A DNA stretch of 64,000 bases. Origin: Marsupella aquatica (lineage: Eukaryota; Plantae; Marchantiophyta). The stretch is from the NCBI GenBank assembly GCA_973895155.1, contig OZ316891.1, positions 31,007,112-31,071,111 of the forward strand, given 5' to 3'. Positions 24,267 through 37,489 of the stretch are shown here, in pieces (positions within the stretch are counted from its first letter, which is position 1; each line of letters begins with the position of its first letter). The notes below the pieces were generated by a model that made no database searches, was not told the DNA's origin, and saw only the letters and a list, made by a program, of their open reading frames with translations. Made by a program: the position numbers and the translations under genes.

Positions 24267-27200
24267 ATGGAAGCTGATCGGGAGTGGCATGCCCAGAATA
24301 GGGCAGTCACAAATGCAAGGCGTCGCCAACGATATGCTGAGCGACGGCTACAAGAGAGGGCTGAAGTTTGTACTGTGCCACAACCAACTTCCACACCAAC
24401 TGTGGGACCTTTGGTCGCAGTAGCAAGTATTCCACCAAGTGCGATACTTTTGGTACCAGAACCAAGTGCCCCAAGTGTTGCACCAAGTGTGGCATCTGCC
24501 CGCATAGTTAGTGGTCGACAACTACGGCACGAAGCAAGGGCACTGCGGAGGGCACCAGCAACATCATTGGCCTCCTTTGAGGGGGCAAGTACAGGACCAA
24601 CTTTGGCATCTGCACGCGCAAATAGTGGAAGGCAACTTCGTCGTGAAGCAAGGGCTGCTCAACAGGCATCGGCCACATCCATCGCTATTGGTACTAGCCA
24701 AGATCCTGTGAATGGATCATCCGACTCTCCCATGTTTTATGAAGGTTGGCTCATCGATGGTGCCTTGGATGCATGTGGGGTTGACCAGCCTCTAGAGGAT
24801 TTTGCCATTGGCCCACCGTGCGAGCCCATAACCAACAGTGGGTCACAACAACTGGACGTCTTTGAAGAGGATTGGCTCATTGATGGCGCTTTACAAGATG
24901 GGGTTGCCTTTATGGCTCAGCCCCCGCCCTATGAATCTATTCCAAACAATGAACGGTCCGACCCTGACGTCTTTGATGAAGATTGGCTCATTCATGGTGC
25001 TCTTCATGAGGGGCCAAATTCGATCCTCGATGATGGGGGTGATCAATTTGACACGTTTGTTGAGGGCACCTTGGATTTGTCAAACGAAGATGGAGAAGAG
25101 GAAATTGAGCATATGCTCCAAGAGGAAATGGGAGGCACAAATCTTGCGCCGGATACTCCGGCTCAACCCAATCCACGTGCTGTTTTGCAGGAGCGCCAAA
25201 GATTGGAACAGATCCAACGGTTACCGAAGGCAAGACAACCGTTGGACCCTTCAATGGGTCGACATCTTTTGGGACACATGAACATTGAGTGCCCACAATG
25301 CAAAGCGCTTCATTGGATCGAAGAGTGCAAGTCAGGGACGCAACGCAACCCGTTCTTTACCATGTGCTGCGCCGGAGGGAAGGTGGTATTGTCTGAACTT
25401 GGTGATCCCCCTGAACCTCTACGGAGTTTGTTGATTGGTACCAATGCCGCAGCTACAGCATTTCGGAAGAATATTCGAGGCTACAATAATGCATTGGCAT
25501 TTACGTCCCTAGGTGTTAAAATTGATGAAAGGGGTGGTAATCAAGGCCCATATTCCTTTCGTATCCAAGGAGCATTATATCATCGTGCCGGTAGCCTCTT
25601 GCCGCCTGATGGAGAAGGACCAAAATTTGCTCAGCTATATATTCATGATACAGAAAATGAGTTGGGAAACAGGTAAATAAGTAATATGTGCAGCATTCTT
25701 GAAAGGTTTTTCCTTTAATATTCTAAGTAACTATGTTTCCAGTAAGTTGTGTCTAATGGTTTTTTCTTGGGTTGTAGGATGAATAGGATGCCACAATTGG
25801 ATCATGCTGTGTTAGCTTCACTGCAAGACATGTTGCATACGTACAATCCATATATGGGGCTCTTCAAAAATGCGGGGAGCCGCATCGATGGCACTGAGGT
25901 GGCAGAGGTATCGCTACGTATTATAGCGGAGCAAGATACTGACCCTAGGCGCTATAATAAGCCCACCACATATGAAATTGGTGTGATTATGGTGGGAGAG
26001 GAAGATATTGAAACACGTGGTAGGGACATAATCCTAAGGAAGAGGAATGGTGGCCTACAAAGGATTTCTGAGTGGCATCGGTCGTATGCTCCCCTTCATT
26101 ATGTTTTGCTTTTTCCTCATGGACAGGATGGGTGGTCTTATGACATCCCATTGGCAGGCCATGAATTCCAAGATGGAATTATTGTGGCTGTTGAAGCAGG
26201 AGCGAGGGGTGGACGAAACGGTTCTAAGAAGGTGACCCAACTTCAGTACTATGCGTATAGGTTACATGCAAGGCGGGGAGATGATTGGTTGCTTCATGGA
26301 GGACGATTGCTCAAGCAATACATTGTGGATGCTTACGCATGTATTGATCAAACACGACTCACCTACAGTCGGAATAATCAGAAGAAGCTAAGGACCGAGT
26401 TGTATCAAGGGCTACAAGATGCAGTTCAAAATGAGGACGCACGAGCAAGTGGGTAGGACCTATATTCTACCATCAACCTATGGAGGCAGTGCACGACATA
26501 TGATGAGGCCTATCAGGATGCCATGGCAGTTGTTCAAACATATGGGCCTCCAGACCTTTTCATAACTTTTACGTGCAATCCTGAATGGCCTGAAATCAGA
26601 GCGGAGTGCTACCCCTACCAGACCCCGGCCGACCGCGATGACATTGTGGCAAGAGTATTCAAACTTAAGTTGAAGGCCCTGTTAGCAGACATTCGAGCAG
26701 GGGTATTAGGTAAACCTATTGCTTCTATGTATGTCATCGAATTTCAGAAGAGGGGTTTGCCGCACGCCCACATACTGATAATATTGGTGGAATGACACAA
26801 GTTGCGCACCCCAGAGTTGGTTGACGAATTGGTTTCGGCAGAGATACCGGAAGCACGAGTACATCCCCAATTATATCAGACTATTATGAAGTCCATGGTC
26901 CATGCGGTCGCGGGTATCCAAACTCACCTTGCATGGTCGACGGACAGTGTAGCAAGGGCTATCCGCGATCATTTTCATCTGAAACAGTTTTTGGAGATGA
27001 TGGGTATCCTTTGTATCGACGTCTGGATGATGGCCGCAGTTTCTCAAAAGATCGAAGCACATTTAAGTTTGACAATAGGTGGATTGTTCCTCATAGTCCA
27101 TATTTGAGCATGAGATTTAATGCTCATATCAATGTGGAGATTTGTTCTCCGATTAAAGCAATCAAGTATTTATATAAGTACTGTTATAAAGGGCACGATA

Positions 27201-28672
27201 AAGCAACGGTGGAGGTTGAGCAACGAGACGAAGTAAAGGAACATTTAGATGCCAGATATGTGTCTGCTGCTGAAGGAGTATGGCGCATCAATCAGTTTGA
27301 AATGTCTGAGAGTACTACTTCAGTGCAAAGGTTCCAAGTGCATTGTGAGGGGGAACAATCGGTAATGTTCAATGAGGATTCTGAGATCAATGATGTGGTC
27401 CAACGAGAATCTCATAGGGACACAACCCTCACAGGGTGGTTCAGAGCTAACATAGTACATGAACGTGCGAGACAACTTTTCTATAGCAATTTCCCCAATG
27501 AGTTTGTGTGGGATGCATCCTCCCGTGCATGGAACCCACGAAGAAGAGGGTTTAGCATTGGTAGGATGTATTTTGTGCCGCCAGCCACGGGTGAACGGTA
27601 CTACTTGAGGGCGCTTCTTCTTCACATCAAAGGTGCAACATCATTCATCGACCTTCGCACATTTCACGGCAATGTATACCCAACCTTTCAGGCCGCCGCT
27701 CTTGCCCGGGGTTTGTATGAGAACGATGAGGAGTGGGATAGATGCCTTCAAGAAGCAGCAAGCATGCACACCGGTGCACAAATTTGACAACTATTTATCA
27801 CAATATTGTTGTTTGGAGGTGTTGCCAAGCCGTGCGACCTGTGGACACAACATGCATCCAATTTGAGTGATGATTGTAGGTATCGTTTGAAATCAATGGG
27901 TTTCTTAGATTCTACAGAGCAGCAGCAACAGAGCTTTGCTCTACATTTGATGGATGAGGCTTTGAAAAGTGTGGGTAAAACATTGCTAGAGTTTGGTCTT
28001 CCGGAACCAGGTATGGAGTTTTTCCAAGAGGAAGAAAATAGAAACCGGTTGATAAGAGAGGAGACACGTTACCCGATGGATGTACTTCTACAACAACTTG
28101 CAGAGCAGGAGCCGTTGTTGAACGAGGGTCAAAGGGCAACGTACACTACAATACTTGCAGCGGTGAGGGCTCGAGATGGAGCAACATTCTTTATTGATGG
28201 ACCGGGGGGGACGGGCAAAACATTTGTGGAGAATGTTCTACTTCGGAGAGTCCGTGCAGATGGGGACATTGCATTGGCTGTAGCTTCCTCGGGTATTGCA
28301 AGTCTTTTGTTAGATGGAGGTCGCACCGCACACTCAAGATTCAAGCTACCATTGAAACCAATCTCGACATCGACATGCGGCATCCAAAAACAATCTGACC
28401 TTGCTGGATTATTGCGGAGGGCAACTTTTATTTTGTGGGATGAAGCACCCATGATCCATCGGCATGGAGTGGAGGCGTTGGATAGAACTTTACGCGACAT
28501 ACAAGATAACGATCAAATCTTTGGAGGGGTTGTAGTTGTATTTGCAGGTGATTTTCGACAAGTGCTTCCAGTGAAGGCAAGGGCAAGTCGTCCGGAGATT
28601 GTGGGGTCGTGTTTGAAGAAGTCTTAGTGTGGCATAGTATACAGACTTTGAAGCTAACTGAAAATATGCGGG
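24267..28672 (+). pseudogene. Helitron RepHel (HUH Rep + PIF1-type SF1 helicase), multiple stops/frameshifts, helicase C-terminal half missing
   Basis: Zn motif CPQCKALHW...CCAGGKV; GT-AG intron 25673-25777 in phase; Rep motifs PDLFITFTCNPEW, EFQKRGLPHAH, YLYKYCYKG; helicase FFIDGPGGTGKT, WDEAPM, GDFRQVLPV, LTENMR, after which similarity ends. Confidence 0.95.
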
Positions 28673-29320
28673 CAAAACATATTCTTGAATAAAAGATGTC
28701 ATTGCACAAAAGACTGGCTATGACCATCACAAAAGTAAAACAAAATGAGAGGTGTTTTGTTCCTTAATTTTCTATTATTTTTCTCTTCAGTCTGTTCCTT
28801 TTAAACCTTAACCCCCCCTTTTCCCCCATTTTCACTATTTTTGGTCTCCTTTTTTCTCATTCACCATCACTCCACTCGCTTGCCCCCCCCACCCCACCCA
28901 TGCGAGGCTGAGCCCTTCGAGGGGCTGCCCTACATTGCGAGTGTGCCCCTCGCCCGACACCTTGCCATCACTGCCCATGTCATGCTCTTTACTATATCTT
29001 AGGGCCTTATTGCTTTTGTTTTTTGGCATTGAAAATGAAAGCACAAATCACTGTGCAAATCACCACACTTATTGGGAGAATAGGTTTTTGTTGATTAGTG
29101 TATGCAATACTCAATTGAATAAAATACTATCTCCAATTAAATTCCTCCTGCTAGTAAAATTATACAAAACTATGTTACATCACAATATTGAATATAGCAT
29201 ACTCATCCCGGAACATTGAAAAGTTATTTTGTCCTCTAGAAAAAAGTTCAAGTTTTTAAGTGAATGCAGGTGATCTAATTTTTTGTGGCAAATACAAACA
29301 GGTCATTGATTAGGAAGCGT

Positions 29321-29620
29321 GACATTGAAAAGCTGTGCACTTAAGGTACAAGCATAAAAGTACACATGTAAAGAAAAGTAAGACATTGAAAAGCTGTGCA
29401 CATAAGGTACAAGCATAAAAGTACACATCTTATTAATAAAGCACAAACTGCAGCCTATTTTTCACAAGCTAGGGTCTAGAGGCTTAGTGAAACCTCTAGA
29501 CCGTAACTCTAGGGTCATCATGTGCATCTTATTAATAAAGTGCAAACTGCAGTCTATTTTTCACAAGCTAGGGTCTAGAGTGAAGCCTCTAGACCGTAAC
29601 TCTATGGTCATCATGTGCAT
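29321..29620 (+). repeat. Two local duplications (~48 bp and ~95 bp); the latter begins with a Helitron-like 5' end
   Basis: GACATTGAAAAGCTGTGCAC...AAAAGTACACAT twice; a|TCTTATTAATAAAG...GGTCTAGAG..GTGAARCCTCTAGACCGTAAC at 29428 and 29527, related to a|TCTTACTATAAAAG at 31239. Confidence 0.65.
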
Positions 29621-30167
29621 GAGAAAAACTTATGACATGATTATTATGTATGTACATGCCAGATTTATGTGATAATTTTTAAATATTTACATTCAAAAAA
29701 TATAGGTAGTATGGCCTCACCACAACATATGTACATAGAACATGGATGTGCATACAAAAAGCCTGATGTGCACATCAAGGAGAATGATATATTATATATG
29801 ACTATTAAAATGATGGGTTTTTTTATCATTTCATTAATCTTCAAAGAATATAAATAGAAAATTATTTTGATAATTATTTTATTGTCCTCTCTGCTATTAA
29901 TTCATGTTCAAAGAACGGGTAGTCAGGGCTAGTGTAAAGAAAAGTAATAATGAGCACGAAAATTCAAGTCTATCGTATTGGGTTCTGCACATACTATACA
30001 CCAGTAAAGATACTTATTTACTTATCTTAGGTAATGACACTCAAATGAATTAAAACCATAAATTTAGGACACAAAACATTGAGTAGAACTTAAAGACATG
30101 AGGAGTGCACCTTAATTAGATCATTTCTTCTTCACTAATTCACCCTTCCGAGTTGTTAAAGGATGGA

Positions 30168-30338
30168 TGATCAAAAGTATATCAAAGATTGGAAAATTTA
30201 GAGGGGTGCCAGATTAAATTCAAAATCTAAAGTATACAAGGGATGCAGGGTGGCTGATCAAAAGTATATCAAATTAAGATTGGAAAATTTAGAGGGGTGC
30301 TAGATTAAATTCAAAATCTAAAATATACAATGGATGCA
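30168..30338. repeat. Tandem duplication of ~85-90 bp
   Basis: TGATCAAAAGTATATCAAA..GATTGGAAAATTTAGAGGGGTGCYAGATTAAATTCAAAATCTAAARTATACAAKGGATGCA twice. Confidence 0.85.
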
Positions 30339-30987
30339 CCTTGGTAAGACACATTGAATTGAAATACAGAAGAAAAGAAGTTTGAATAAGACAAAATACT
30401 GGAAGTTGCATTCACCATATAGCAATTTCATTCAGATTGAATATGTACAATACTTACTTGCATCTAAGTATGTAAAATATATACTTCATTGCATGGATCA
30501 TGGAGGGAGGATCCTCCTTGATCCTCGTGCACTGTGTTAGTCTTTCACTTTTTTGTTATTGTCTAGTATGAAATTTCTTGCTTGGACAATGGTGCAACTC
30601 TTTTTGAGTCACACTAAACTAAATTCATACTTTGGCTTTATTCCATATGTGTAACCAGATTTTTCAATAGAGTATACCATGTTCATCATGGAAGAGCTGC
30701 ACAATCACTAAGGAAAACATGGACTAAAACTGTAATGGTCATATCTGTTGTCAATGCAAAACTATATAGGGTGCAAAAAATGGTCCATCAAGAAAGTTGT
30801 TGATGGGGAAATGGACAATAGTTATGGCAAGACATACACGGGGACGGAAAGAGTTGAGCAGAAAAGATAAGAGGGGAAAAAAAACCATTTTTGATCCATC
30901 CACCCGAGCAACCGTGTCTGGACCCTGCAATGCCCAGGCCAAAGTTACATGTAGCTCTACCCACCCTCATGCGCCCTTGCCCTCCCT

Positions 30988-31120
30988 TTTCTTGATTTTT
31001 TGTTCTTGAAATATGTGAAACCCCACAGAAAGGGATAAGTCAGTCACAACTTTTGAACCCATGACCTACGTTTGAGTCACTACTCAAGTGAGCTACCACA
31101 CAGCCATGCCTCTCTCGGCT
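30988..31120 (-). mobile_element. tRNA-derived SINE (~133 bp)
   Basis: Minus strand has A-box-like TAGCTCACTTGAGTAG, B-box-like GGTCATGGGTTCAAAA and an A-rich tail; perfect 16-bp flanking direct repeat CGCCCTTGCCCTCCCT at 30972-30987 and 31121-31136. Confidence 0.75.
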
Positions 31121-31297
31121 CGCCCTTGCCCTCCCTAACATCAATATCATGAACCAAAATAATAAGTAACATATATTTTAGTCACAACAAATATTTGACC
31201 AAAACTACAACATTTACACAATCATAACACTACGTACATCTTACTATAAAAGTGCCAACAGAAGCTTACTCTCAAGGGCCTAGGTCTAGAGTGAAAC

Positions 31298-31621
31298 TGT
31301 AGAGGTTAACTCAGTCTTGGGTTGAACTATGGTTAGTATGTTAACTAGGGTTAGAGTAAACCCTAGTTGAAGAGATTGGTTCTTATCTCTTTAACTTCTA
31401 TGTGGTGTGAGAACACACAAGAGAGTTCTCACGAGAAAACTTAATGATATAGCAAGAGATGAGAGCTTGAAGAGATGAAAGCTATGGTGATGTTTGAGTA
31501 GACATATAACCATCAATAAAGCTTTGTATTCCCGTGGATGTAGCCAACCTTGAGGCGAACCATGTAACTATTGAGCACGTGTATGTTTGAAGTGTTTTTA
31601 TTGATCTGATTTCTCCCAACA
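31298..31621 (+). mobile_element. Solo LTR (Copia-like, 324 bp)
   Basis: TGTAG...CCAACA, TSD GAAAC/TAAAC; empty site GTGAAACCTCTAGACCGTAAC exists at ~29487; shares TTCCCGTGGAYGTAGCC and GAGGYGAACCAYGTA with the other LTRs. Confidence 0.8.
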
Positions 31622-32379
31622 TAAACCTCTAGACCGTAACCAGGATCATCAGTGAGAGGCCATTGGATCTACTGGTGTTTATTCCCAACCAAAATAGACC
31701 CCCTCCATGCACTCTCCTGCTTTGTTAAGGAATAGAGATTCTCCCACATAAAGGTGAGTATAACTATCCTAGGTACTTGAGAGTTAGCTCACTTTCCCAT
31801 GACCTTTGGCACTCCTAGCGGGTTGTATGCTATATCATAAACTTTTTACTTTGTCCCTCACGCTTCGAGCCCTCTCCGTTTCCAGGAGCGCAGGGCGTAA
31901 GGCCCGGAGGGCTGGTGGTAGCTTTGGATTTCACCACCAAAGCAAGCCAATAGAAGTGAGAAAGCTTGCTAGGATGCTACGCGCCTCGCAAGCATTACAA
32001 TTTTTGATTGATCTGGCTTCACATTTGCCAAGAATGGGCGTTATCATCTTGCAATCACAACACTAGCTTTCTCTTGAAAATAATTTCTCTCAACAACACT
32101 TCCTCTCAGCGACATTGACCCATTTTATTTTAAAATGAAAACACTTCCTTGCATCACCACTTTTGCTTGAAAAAGATTTTTGCTCAACTATAATTCTCAG
32201 CAAAGTTTTTGATTAAAGGTACTTTTAAATCTACTATTCAAATATAGTCATCTTGCAACAATAACATTTTCTCTTGAAAACACTTCCTCTCAACGGCATT
32301 GACCCAAAGGCAGCGACAACTTCTATGCAACACACAGGTGTGATTGAGCCTCATCTAATGGTTGTTGGCAGTATTGAGC

Positions 32380-32725
32380 CTCACCTTGACAATTTTCCCT
32401 CACCCCCACATCTTTGCCTCATCTCTACATCTAAACTTGCCTTTCGCATTTTGGCCTTGCCTCAACATCTTTGTATCATGATCTTAATATCTACACTTTC
32501 CTCGACATCTTTGCCTCACTCCGACATCTTTGCCTCACCTTGACATCTTGCCCTCACCTCACCATCTTGCCCTCACCTCACCATCTTTGAATTCCCTCGC
32601 CTCAACATCTTTGCCTCGCCTTGACATCTTGCCCTCACCTCGACATCTTTCCCTCTGCTCGACAACTTTCCCTTTGCTTGACGTATTTGCCTCTCCTTGA
32701 CAACGTGTCCCGGGGCTAACAACAT
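32380..32725 (+). repeat. GACATC minisatellite of the Helitron family (terminal hairpin lost)
   Basis: CTCACCTTGACATCTTGCC-type units, same type as 12085-12480. Confidence 0.75.
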
Positions 32726-33339
32726 TTTTTGAATCCTTTCATTGCCCCCAAGGTCTTGTAAAGCCAAGTGCAGCCAGTGATGCCAGATTAATTTACTACA
32801 AAGACAGATTGAGGACCCACTCCACCTGAATGTCACCTGATCATTAGGACATGAATGAGGAGTAGTGAGGGATGGAACAGGGCTTTTATATGGGTCATAA
32901 CACTACATTCCCAGGATGACAATTCCAACAACACTGAGCTTCAATACGAATGATGTATTTCTTCCTACTCTTTGCATTTCGGATTTTTTTCCTTTTATTT
33001 CTTAAACAGTAGCTTCATCCAAAGATAGAAGCACTACCTTCAATATGCATTTCACATGAGGAGGAAGAATCAAGTATAAACAGGAGCCTACACAAAAGCA
33101 GAGATGTGTCGTTCTGGAACTTCCACTGAAGAAGCATTTATGGCAAGAACACTTCAAAACATGGAACCAATATATATTCTTGAACACTAGTACACTTAAA
33201 TATCAAAAAAGCCAATTGATTTTTGGTTGTTTCGGTTGTAACGACGGCGAAAATACTAAATGACAAGTGACAAATACTAAACTTCAAGTCTTCGATCACC
33301 AACTATTATATGCATTCAGGGTAATACTTTACAAATTTA

Positions 33340-35057
33340 TACGGTCCTGTGTTGCGATCGCAATTGTTCCTCACTCACGAACAAAGGAATGGGTGCCATA
33401 CGGTACTCTTGTAGGCATTTCAACAATTGCAAACGGGATCCGGGGACGTTGTTTTGGCATCGATCACAAGCACCTCGGATTTGCAAGTATTTTCGTCAAA
33501 CACATGACAGACAATGTATCCGTCGTCCTCGTCTGAATCCCGTCCGAAATATCTGGAACAAAAAGAGGCTCCAAGGCACAACGTAGGTCTCCATGCCAGA
33601 AGACACCTCCCACATTCCCTCCGACCTGCAGTGTTTCTTTACCCAACTCAGGTCCGTTACTCAAATCAAATTTAATGATTCCATATCTGCTAGATTGGCT
33701 GTCGACTGCTAGATTGGCTGTCGACTGCAGCTGAACGAGTAGCTAGCTGTGTAGATGTATCGGTTCTTCTTGCCAATATAATTCTTGTTAATCGCGGGAT
33801 ATTCAGTATCGAACTCCCCCAGCCTTCTGTCCCTAGTCTCTCCAGTCTTCCAGTTCAGTTGATCCGATACTCGTGCAATCGCAGGCAAGCGTCAGTGATC
33901 CGAAGCAGATTCGCTGTTGGCATTCGGCACGTAACTAAAACGATTTCATCTCCTTCCTGCCATCCGTTTGCGATGTGGAAATTGATGGCTGAAGGAAAGT
34001 CGAACCAGCGCATCTCCGTTTCATCCTTGGCATATTTCGGCAACAGACCTAAACGGAAAGGCGTGCTTGTGCTGTGAGCGATTGCAAAATGATCCTTCAT
34101 GACCATCCGCTTTGGATCGAGACGCAGCAGACAGTCCATGAAGACGACATAGTCACGGGTAATCGCCAAGTCATGCACCAGTGTTGGTCTAGACAGGCTG
34201 ATCGTAATAGGATCGCTCATCTTTCCATCTTTAGAGACAACATTATATGCTAAATATGGAGGACGTTGTAAAGAGCGGGCTGAAGAGTAGCCGTATGAAA
34301 ACATCTCCCCCGTGTCAGGGTCAATTTTCGGGTGTGCTGTGAACGAATGATCCAGTTTTTTGTCGAAATCATGACGTGAAGTAGTCTTGAAGTCACCGTC
34401 CTCCAGTATTTGCACAGCATATGGCATGTCCAGTTCGTTTAGAACGAAGAGAGTCCCGTTGTGATAAGCCAATCCTGTATTTGCAGTGCCCAATCCCTTC
34501 GATGTATCCAGCGCACCCAATATCTGTCGGAGCGCATAAATACTCAGACAAAGAAGTACTTCAAACCCAACCACGTCTCCCATCCTCAGGAACTTTGGAG
34601 CACCCCAATACTCCTCCTGCTTCAGTCGTGATGTTCTAACATAACGGCAAGCGTATGTAGCTTCTCCATCCTTAATTTTGAGGCCATGCAACATGCCGTC
34701 TCCATCAAACCAGGTATATTTTGCCAGGGGCATGACCTCCGGATTTGGAGCCACTTCAATGTAATCGCCATTCAAACATTCAGGGAGGTAGCTCTTCACT
34801 GAGAGAGCACTCTGAGGTGCAGATTCTTGCACTGTAGCGTAATTCCCAAGCATGTAGTAATTGCTCGGCTTTGTGGAACCATGCGCAGCCCACAGCAGGA
34901 CACTTTCGAGTGCGTCACAGAATTGATTCGAGATGGCAGCATAGAAAGGAACGCTGACCTTCTGGTCGTCATGCGCCTCCTTCTTCAGTTCAGGCCTAAC
35001 GCTAGGAGACTTCGGGGGCTTGAGAAGCTCGATGGTTTTCGTAGCAAAATCCTGTGA
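33340..35057 (-). pseudogene. CCD1: CCD1-like carotenoid cleavage dioxygenase pseudogene (copy A), 5'-truncated
   Basis: Colinear with copy B from ~codon 63. Motifs WFDGDGMLH, FTAHPKIDP, VHD, FHIANGW. AACTG duplication creates a stop at 33855; further indels (18-bp duplication ~33687-33724, frameshift near VPYGTH). Confidence 0.9.
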
Positions 35058-36627
35058 CTTTGACAAAATGTTAAATACCTTGCATTTTGAAATTTTAAAA
35101 TATTATTTTTACCAGAATTGGATTTTCAAATGCCTGTAATATAAGGTTTTGATTATAATTATTAGCCCGACAAGATTAAACCTTAAGTAATTTTCATTTG
35201 TTCCCACCCCATTATAATAATCCAACAAGTGAGTCCCTAGGGAAAATGACTTAGGGGGGTCATAAATGACCTAAATCTTTGCACCTGATGGATGGCCGTC
35301 CATTCAATGACCCCCCAGGCAGTCAGTTTGAAAAAACTAAAGAGGATATGAAAAATAATAAAAGATAAATTAAGTCTTTTAGTAAATCAAAGTAATGTTG
35401 TGGAGTGGTACCGTTGGGCTAAAATTAAGAACATGTCCAGTGGTTTAGTTGCTTTTGAATGTTAAGGCAGCTAATTATAACTCTCACCCATGTTGTCAAT
35501 GCAAAATATAGGGTGTGAATTAGTTCAAGGACCCCCTGATAGAGATAAACTTGAATACATTCAACAAATTGGATCAATGAAAGAATACTCTTGCCCATCC
35601 CTTCATTCATAGTGGAAATGAGACCTACGAGTATATATATCTATCTGTAGCTGTGATTTAAGGGTTTCCCGACCTGCAAAACATTTGCCTACTCCATCTG
35701 TTAGTAGGAGGAATTGCCAGTTAATGTCCGGAGGATTTGTTTGTAACTTAATTACAGGAGGGATATTTTATATTCCTACTAAATTCACCAAAAAACTGGC
35801 TTGGGTGAGAGGGCAAATTGCCAGATCTAAGAGTACAAGGGTAGCCATAAATTAGCTTTGTCATGTTATCTCAAGTCATCAAGTCATTCCCTTTGTCATC
35901 TCAAGTCATCTAAAATGTACCATCTACAATTGCGATTACCACTTGGAAACCCAACAGTTTGTTTTTACTTTATCAAATATTTATTACAAAACTTTGGAAA
36001 CCCAACAGTTTGGTTTTACTTCGCCAAATACTTGTTACAAAACCTTGGAAGCCCAACAATTTGTTTCAACTTCCTCTAGCCGTGTTTATTTAAAAATCTT
36101 TGTAAACTAAAAAAATTCTAACATTTAATGCAAAACACTGATATATCAATTCTAGAACTTCCAAATGTTAGTTACTATTTACCTCATTCTTTGTTTGTTT
36201 CAACTTTACTCTTCAGTTTTTTAATCTTTTTTACAGTTACCGGGATTGACAGTTTTTTATTGCCTTGTCACAAACACGAATCATCAGGTTCTTTTCTTCT
36301 TTCACATCTAGATTTTCTTGTTTGTGATCATTCCTGATAATTCCTACTGATGTGGCTCAACATGGTGCTAGGGATTTTGGAAGGAACTTCCCATGGGGGT
36401 CTGTAAATATGATCCATCAAGAATTTTTGATTAATTGGGAAAATGGACAATATTTATGGCAAGAGGTACAAAAGGTATTGAGGGGAAAAGATAAATACAG
36501 GGGAGGGAAAAAAGAACAAAAAACATGCTCATCCCTAGCTCCACGTAGCTCCAAGCTATCGCGTCTGGACCTTGCAATGCCCAGGCCCCTGTCACATGTC
36601 TGAAGGTCTACCTCACCCTCCTGTCTA

Positions 36628-36708
36628 GAGAGACATGGTTGTGTGGTAGCTCACTTGAGAGGATTGAAAGGTATTGGGTTCAAATCTGTGTGATTTCACA
36701 GTTTATCC

Positions 36709-36709
<1 letters not shown>
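36628..36709 (+). mobile_element. tRNA-derived SINE head, interrupted by the LINE
   Basis: Reverse-complement match to 31031-31115; A-box-like TAGCTCACTTG 36647-36657, B-box GGTTCAAATC 36677-36686. Confidence 0.6.
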
Positions 36710-36739
<30 letters not shown>

Positions 36740-37489
36740 TTCTTTTTAAAAATAAATTTTAATTTATTGCACAAAAAAAGCCCCAAGAAACCCCACGGCG
36801 AGGACCAGAGGGGCGGCAAGGGGAAAACCCCAGCAGCAAGCAAAAGAGCACCGGCAAAGGCCGCAGCAGCACCGGCGCCCAAGAAACAAAGCCCCAGGGC
36901 CCTAAGTTAAGACTTTAGGGCGGGAATGAGTCCTAGTCAACCACCTACTAATGGCCAAAAAATGAATCCACCTACAATCCCACCTCCAATGCACAAAATG
37001 GCAGTTCCAATGAGAGAAGCAGAGACACTAGGTTCAGAATAATCCCACCTAGTATACCAATTCCTAACGAAAAGAGACTTTCTCTTAAGTTGCTTACTAT
37101 TGTGATCAGAGTATGAGGTGCTGTCACTACAGGCTTGCCAAGCACCACCCAACCAAGGGGAGGTGAGGCAGCCCATACCAATCCTACCAATAACCCAAAT
37201 TCTAGGTTGTCCTTGCATGGTTGCTGGTAACCGTGTTGTTGTGCCGGTCAGTGGCTCTAGTGACCATGGTAGCAAGTCCATCTCTGGCCTTCGTGATAGC
37301 AGATTTCTTTCTGAGAGTCTTCGTCTGTTGAAGAAGAATGTTAGCATGCAGCATGGCGCTGTTAAGGATGAGATGTAGAGGAAATCTAGTAGAGGGTGCG
37401 TTGAAAATTTTTGGGCATCTTTCAAGCCAAAAAGTATTGAGCATTTTCGCCCCAACAGAAGCATTTGCCCTGGATTTCTCTTCTGGGTC

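Larger units (their letters stand above)
22189..28700 (+). mobile_element. Decayed autonomous Helitron (3'-truncated)
   Basis: Putative 5' end TCTAACACTATAATA at 22189, GC-rich repetitive leader, then RepHel coding region; the 5' boundary is inferred. Confidence 0.75.

Noticed and set aside
35069-36123. Solo LTR (TGTTA...TAACA) truncating CCD copy A
   Set aside because: Flanks CAAAA and TTTAA give no TSD and there is no second copy in the window; not supportable
36628-36700. Functional tRNA gene
   Set aside because: Only A/B-box-like motifs, no cloverleaf or anticodon arm; matches the SINE at 30988-31120
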